From Octopus vulgaris (taxonomy: Eukaryota): a DNA stretch of 64,000 nt. The translations under genes and the position numbers were made by a program. The DNA lies in NCBI GenBank assembly GCA_951406725.2, contig OX597828.1, positions 248,001 to 312,000 on the forward strand, given 5' to 3'. The first letter of the stretch is position 1. The number at the start of each line of letters is the position of its first letter. A model generated the notes under the pieces. That model did not search any database and was not told where the DNA came from. It saw only the letters and a list, made by a program, of their open reading frames with translations. This document shows, piece after piece, positions 58,678 through 64,000 of this stretch.

Positions 58678-59010
58678 TATATGTGTGCATTTATATATGT
58701 ATGTAAGTATATATATATATATATATATGTATCTATGTATATATATATGTGTCTATGTATATATATATGTATATATATATGTGTGTCTATATATATATGT
58801 ATGTGCATATATATATGTATGTATATATATATATATATGTATGTATGTATATATATATATGTATGTACGTATATATATATATAAGTATATATATATATAT
58901 ATATATGTATGTATATATATATATGCATGTATATATGTATGTATATATATGTATATATATATGTATATATATGTATGTATGTATATATGTGTGTGTGTGT
59001 GTGTGTGTGT
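57975..59010. repeat. About 1-kb compound (TA)n/(TATG)n low-complexity tract
   Basis: Direct observation. Similar tracts occur at 7560-8360 and 57035-57370. Confidence 0.95.
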
Positions 59011-59129
59011 GGTGCGTGTGTGAAATTATGAGAATTGAAGTTTCGCTTGTCAATTCTTATTCAAGCTTGAACTATACCACAAACAACACAACACAGACAC
59101 TGGTTTGAATTGAACTGTTTATCTTTCAG

Positions 59130-59241
59130 ATACAAGATATTAACGTTTCCTTCGCTGGCCAGAGTTGAAGCGACGGCACCAAACTGTGCCAAAATTGCCA
59201 AAGATGTCAAGCTTGAAGAGTATTCCATAGGAGAAACGAAG
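59130..59241 (+). CDS. Myosin motor-domain gene, internal exon D (converter: YKILTFP...LEEYSIGETK)
   Basis: Acceptor tttcAG, donor GTAATA at 59242. 112 nt = 1 + 37 codons, phase-compatible with exon C. Ends at the conserved converter GxTK|VF junction. Overlaps track ORF 59110-59301. Confidence 0.93.
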
Positions 59242-60606
59242 GTAATAACATCTGTTTCATTCTTATTTTACTCTCTATGTATTGTTTTATTCTTCCAGTA
59301 GTTTCACTCGTTGTACTACGGCCATACTGGGGCATTGTTTTCAGGGAGTGTTAATCAGTTGATCAGTTCCACTCAACAGCTTATTATTTCATCGATCTTT
59401 ACTTATCGAATCACTTTGTGGCATTTTGACATAGAGAAACACAGTTCGTTACTCTGAGTTACATAGAAACAAATACTCACATACACATATTAATATACAA
59501 TATGTACGTACACATGTATATTTATAAGTGTGTGTGTGTGTGTTCTCTGCAGCCATGCTGGAGCAGTGTCATATAGAGTTAATCGAACAATTTAACCGCA
59601 GTTCTTAATATAAGTGTGGAACTTTCTCTATAGGTTACTTTTGCTGAGCCACTGGGCTAATGGACGTATGCAAACCAACACCGGTTGTCAAGCTGTGTGG
59701 TGACAAACACAGACTACAGACGCACTCAGATATGCGTATGTGTATTCGACAGGTTGTTACGCAGTTTCTATTTACCAAATTCACCCACGAGGGATCTATC
59801 GGTCCGAGCCCATTGTAGAAGACACTTGAGCAAGGTGCGGCTCCCGGGACTAAACTGAAACCACGATGGTGCGAGAACTTCTTAATTACGTTGCCATGCT
59901 TGTGCCTACACACACACACACACACACATACACATACGTACGCTTATGTACACGCAGACACACACACACACACTCATATATGGATAGATCTGTATACATA
60001 TATATATGCACACGCACGCAGACGCGCGCGCCCATATATATTTATACACGTACATACATATATATATTATATATATGTATGCGTATGTATGAATATATGT
60101 GTATTTGTATGTAAATATATATATATACATATATATATGTGTGTGTATGTGTGTGTTTTATGTATGTGCATGTGTATATATGTGTGTGTTTTATGCGTGT
60201 GCAAGTGTATATATATACACATGCACGCGCATACAAAATATGAAGACATTCTAAAAGAGCGAATGTGATTCGTTACCAAAGTCCGTCACGTAATTCAGGA
60301 ATTCTCACGAAAAACTTCAAAGTGAGATGGAATAAAATAAATAAACCAAAATAAGTGCATGCGTGGTTGAGTTGTTAAGGATTTCCCTTCACAACCACGC
60401 AGTTCCGGGTACGATCCTGTTTCACAAGTTTGGCAAGTCTTTTAAGATATAACTTCAATGTAATCAATGATTTCTGAATACAATTTTGATGACGAAAATT
60501 GCAGAAGTCAGTAGGAAGTCGTTGTGAGGGCAGATGCATGCACGCGCGTGCGGAAGTGGATGTATTTGTCAGTGTATCACATATGTATCGATAGACACAC
60601 ACACAC

Positions 60607-60641
<35 letters not shown>

Positions 60642-60765
60642 TGTATGTATGTATGTATGTATATACGTAGGTTCGAAACTTAAAACACTTATCCATTTTC
60701 CCCAGCGTATACACCTGCTTCTTGTACTACGCCTGTCTCTGTCTTTTGGTTTTTCTCTAAATTTC

Positions 60766-60865
<100 letters not shown>

Positions 60866-61053
60866 TCTTTACTCTTTTACTTGTTTCAGTCATTTGACTG
60901 CGGCCATGCTGGAGCATCGCCTTTAGTCGAGCAAATCGACCAACAGGACTTATTCTTTGGAAGCCTAGTACTTTTTCTATCGGTCACTTTTGCCGGACCG
61001 CTACGGGGACGTCAGCGATGTTGGTTGGGGGACAAACACAGGCAGCCAAACAT

Positions 61054-61168
<115 letters not shown>

Positions 61169-61199
61169 AACATTTTCAAACTACCTAATATTTGGTAAG

Positions 61200-62807
61200 A
61201 GTTAGCTCCCTTTTCACCTTGCTAGAGTAACACCTCTTCACTTACACCGCCGGTGTCAAAATCTATAATACGAGATAAACCCACTGCGTAGTTTTGATAG
61301 AGAAAAAGGGGTAGAAATACAGAGAGGGAAAGTAAAAATAAAAAATAAACAAAGAAAATAAAATGGAAAAAAAAGAACAAATTCTCAGCGACAATGCTCT
61401 TCTCAATACGTGTGATGTCTCAGTTAAGACAACCTTTTGCACTTCCTGCTTGGATGGTAAGCCAGGGATCATTCGTAAATAATTTTCAATTCCTTTTATA
61501 ATCATTCCAAGTGCTCCTACAATCACTGGCATTGTAACCGTCTTGAGATGCCACATCTTTTCAATTTCGATTACCAAATCTTTATATTTTCCGAGCTTGT
61601 CAAATTCTTTTGCTGAGAAGTTAAGGTCACAGGATTTGCTCATGTCAATCAATAAACAGACTTTATTGTTTTGGTCTTTCACAACAATATCTGGTTTATT
61701 TGTTTTGATGGTCGGTTTGTTCATACTAGAAAGTCCCAAAGAATCGTTACATTTCCCTCTTACAGCTTCAGGGTGTACCATTTGTCTTCAGTTTTGATTT
61801 TATAATGCCAACACATTATCCAATGGAGATATTGGCCAACTCTGTCATGTCTTGATTTGTACTCTCCATGTCCTAAAACCTTACACCTAGAGATTAGGTG
61901 GGCCACTGTTTCAATCCCATCATTGCAGTATCAGCACTTTGGATCTACACCATTTTTCATCACATTGGCTTGGTAGTCCCGGGTCAATAAGCTCTGATCT
62001 TGAGCAGGCAAGATAAAGCCTTCACTCTCTGCCTATAGCCCGGAGCTCAGTAGCCACTGATGGGTGTGCTTCTCATGTTCATCAGCTTGTTTGTCACGGG
62101 CCACATATTTGCCATGCAGAGGTTTTTGTTCCCACCTATCAGCCAATTGTTCGAGCGTATTTTGCTTTGCTATTGATTTCACCTTCTTCGCAGCTACAGT
62201 TGCCGCACTTACATCGTGCTGTTTGATCTGGGTATTATGCATAAACTCACTTGAAAATATTGGCTTTCCTTCATAACAGAATGAAGTTACTTACATCTTT
62301 GGTGGCTTTCGACGATCTTTAGCAACCAGTCGTTAGATGTTTTGAAGATATTTTACCAGTCTAATTGTGGTGGTATTTTAAGATATTTCAAACTTGAGCT
62401 CTGAGTAGGTAAAGACGATCTGCCTCTGCCTTTGGGTGGTGCATTTTATTGCAAGTCAGCAGCTTACGTATTTTCCTGTCAATCTTCCTTATTTCGCTCA
62501 TATTCCAGTTCAACACATTGAAAATGTAACAACCGGAACAGCTAAGAATTTATAGCTAACATTATGTTATGTGCATTTAGCTAAGATTTTAGGACTGCTC
62601 GAACTTTCTTGTAACATTCCTTCGTTGTCTTCTCTTTCATGCTTGCATGCCGAATGCTAGAGCCCCCATTTATGCTGAGGTATGTTTGTAAGTTTGTTCC
62701 TGCTCGAGTTCTATTATAACTGTGTCAACATCTAACACCACTGAATGTGAGGTCTTCGATTTCTCTTTCTGGAAAGTGGTATTGGCACATTTCTCAAGAC
62801 CAAGTGA
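61200..62807 (-). mobile_element. 5'-truncated R4/Dong-like LINE (end of RT, thumb, CCHC region, RLE endonuclease), pseudogenised
   Basis: Minus strand reads GLEKCA...TYK.L, WEQKPLHGKY, SEGFILPAQDQSL and KPDIVVKD...LIDMS...KLGKYKDLVIEIEKMW...PVIVGALG, with stops and frameshifts. The 5' junction abuts (TAA)n. Confidence 0.9.
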
Positions 62808-62821
62808 TTATTATTATTATG

Positions 62822-62891
<70 letters not shown>

Positions 62892-64000
62892 ACGTCGCCC
62901 ACTATACAATATCGTGACGTTGTTGATTGAAGATATTGTGTCTACGGGGGGGGGTGCACTGTTTGTCAAGTCACAACAAGAACCTCAGACAAACAGTATT
63001 TTACACAATATACGAGTTTTCACCAGGTTGAGTAGCTCACCCTGCATAAAGCCTGCAGAATCGTTAGCAAGCCGGGCAAAATGCGTGGCAGCATTTCGTT
63101 CTTCTTTGCGATATAAGTTCAAATTCTGCTGCGGTCAAGTTTGCCTTTCATCCTTTCGGGGTCAATAAAATAAGTACCAGTTGAACACTGGGGTTGATGC
63201 AATCGATTTATCCTCTCCTCCGAAAGGGCTGACCTTGTGCCGAAATTTGAAACAGTATAATTGGTAATCATTCCCAATGTACACATCGAACCAAAGTGTG
63301 ATACTTTGTTAATTAATTCTTGATTAGCTGAACTTTGTATGCCTGAGTTTGATATATCTGTATGTGAGTTGGAAGTAGCAAAGTCGATGTGTTGGGAAGT
63401 ATGTGACTAGCGAAGCATCTATGAAGCAAATACGAAGCTTCTGGATACCGATGTGGTAGTTTATACCTTTAAAACAAATATAGAGTTTGATTTTTCACGG
63501 TAGAGTGACACAAACAAAATTATTTTATTGGGTAATTTTGTCACCTGGCATGTGACAAATACCTAGATCGAATTCTGTAAGCGGCTCTGTCACCGATTTT
63601 CTGTTTTAAATCAATGTCTTCTACAATTTATCTATATATTCGTCTTTGTGTGTTTCATTATATGCACATATGTGTGTGTGTGTGTATGAGAGACAGCTAT
63701 GTGGTCTTATTTGTCAATGGGTGAAACTTACGTAATAGCATTGGGTTCAGGTGATTTCACCAGTCATGTGACATTGCCGGAATCCCCCATCACACACACA
63801 CCACCGACCATTCTGCTGATGAAGTCAGTTAGTTATGTTAGTTCTAGGCTGGCCTTACAAAAGGTTTTGGTAAATCGCTTGTAATAAGTCAAATTTAACC
63901 CTCTCCCCCAAACCCACATCCACACACACACACACACACATACACATACACACACACATGTATACGTAGCTATTATATTTTTGTGTGCGTTTGTCTGCAT

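Noticed and set aside
57945-59108. Long YIYI/MYVC-type ORFs (up to 327 aa), and similar ORFs throughout the window
   Set aside because: Stop-free (TA)n/(TATG)n microsatellite frames with no coding signal.

Overview
AT-rich, microsatellite-dense eukaryotic genomic DNA. The SINE, LINE and simple-repeat profile suggests a coleoid cephalopod such as Octopus (inference). Nearly all long ORFs in the supplied track are microsatellite read-throughs. The real host gene is an unconventional myosin motor-domain gene on the + strand (class III-like, or a myosin-head fusion). Four small phase-compatible GT-AG exons (10104-10161, 25461-25516, 40525-40674, 59130-59241) are separated by 15-18 kb introns. They splice to [125 protein letters not shown]. 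The introns contain tRNA-derived SINEs, R4/Dong-like, Tx1-like, CR1-like and RTE-like LINE fragments, mariner and hAT MITEs, non-autonomous Helitron-like elements and a 37-bp minisatellite. The most striking unexplained structure is a series of palindromic (fold-back) inserts, unrelated in sequence, that carry minimal hammerhead-ribozyme motifs (CUGAUGA...GAAA + palindromic stem III + UA). Two of them place an intact hammerhead on each arm (27248-27558 and 34160-35535). This fits Penelope-like element terminal repeats, here sitting inside a pre-mRNA that is unusually rich in long hairpins.
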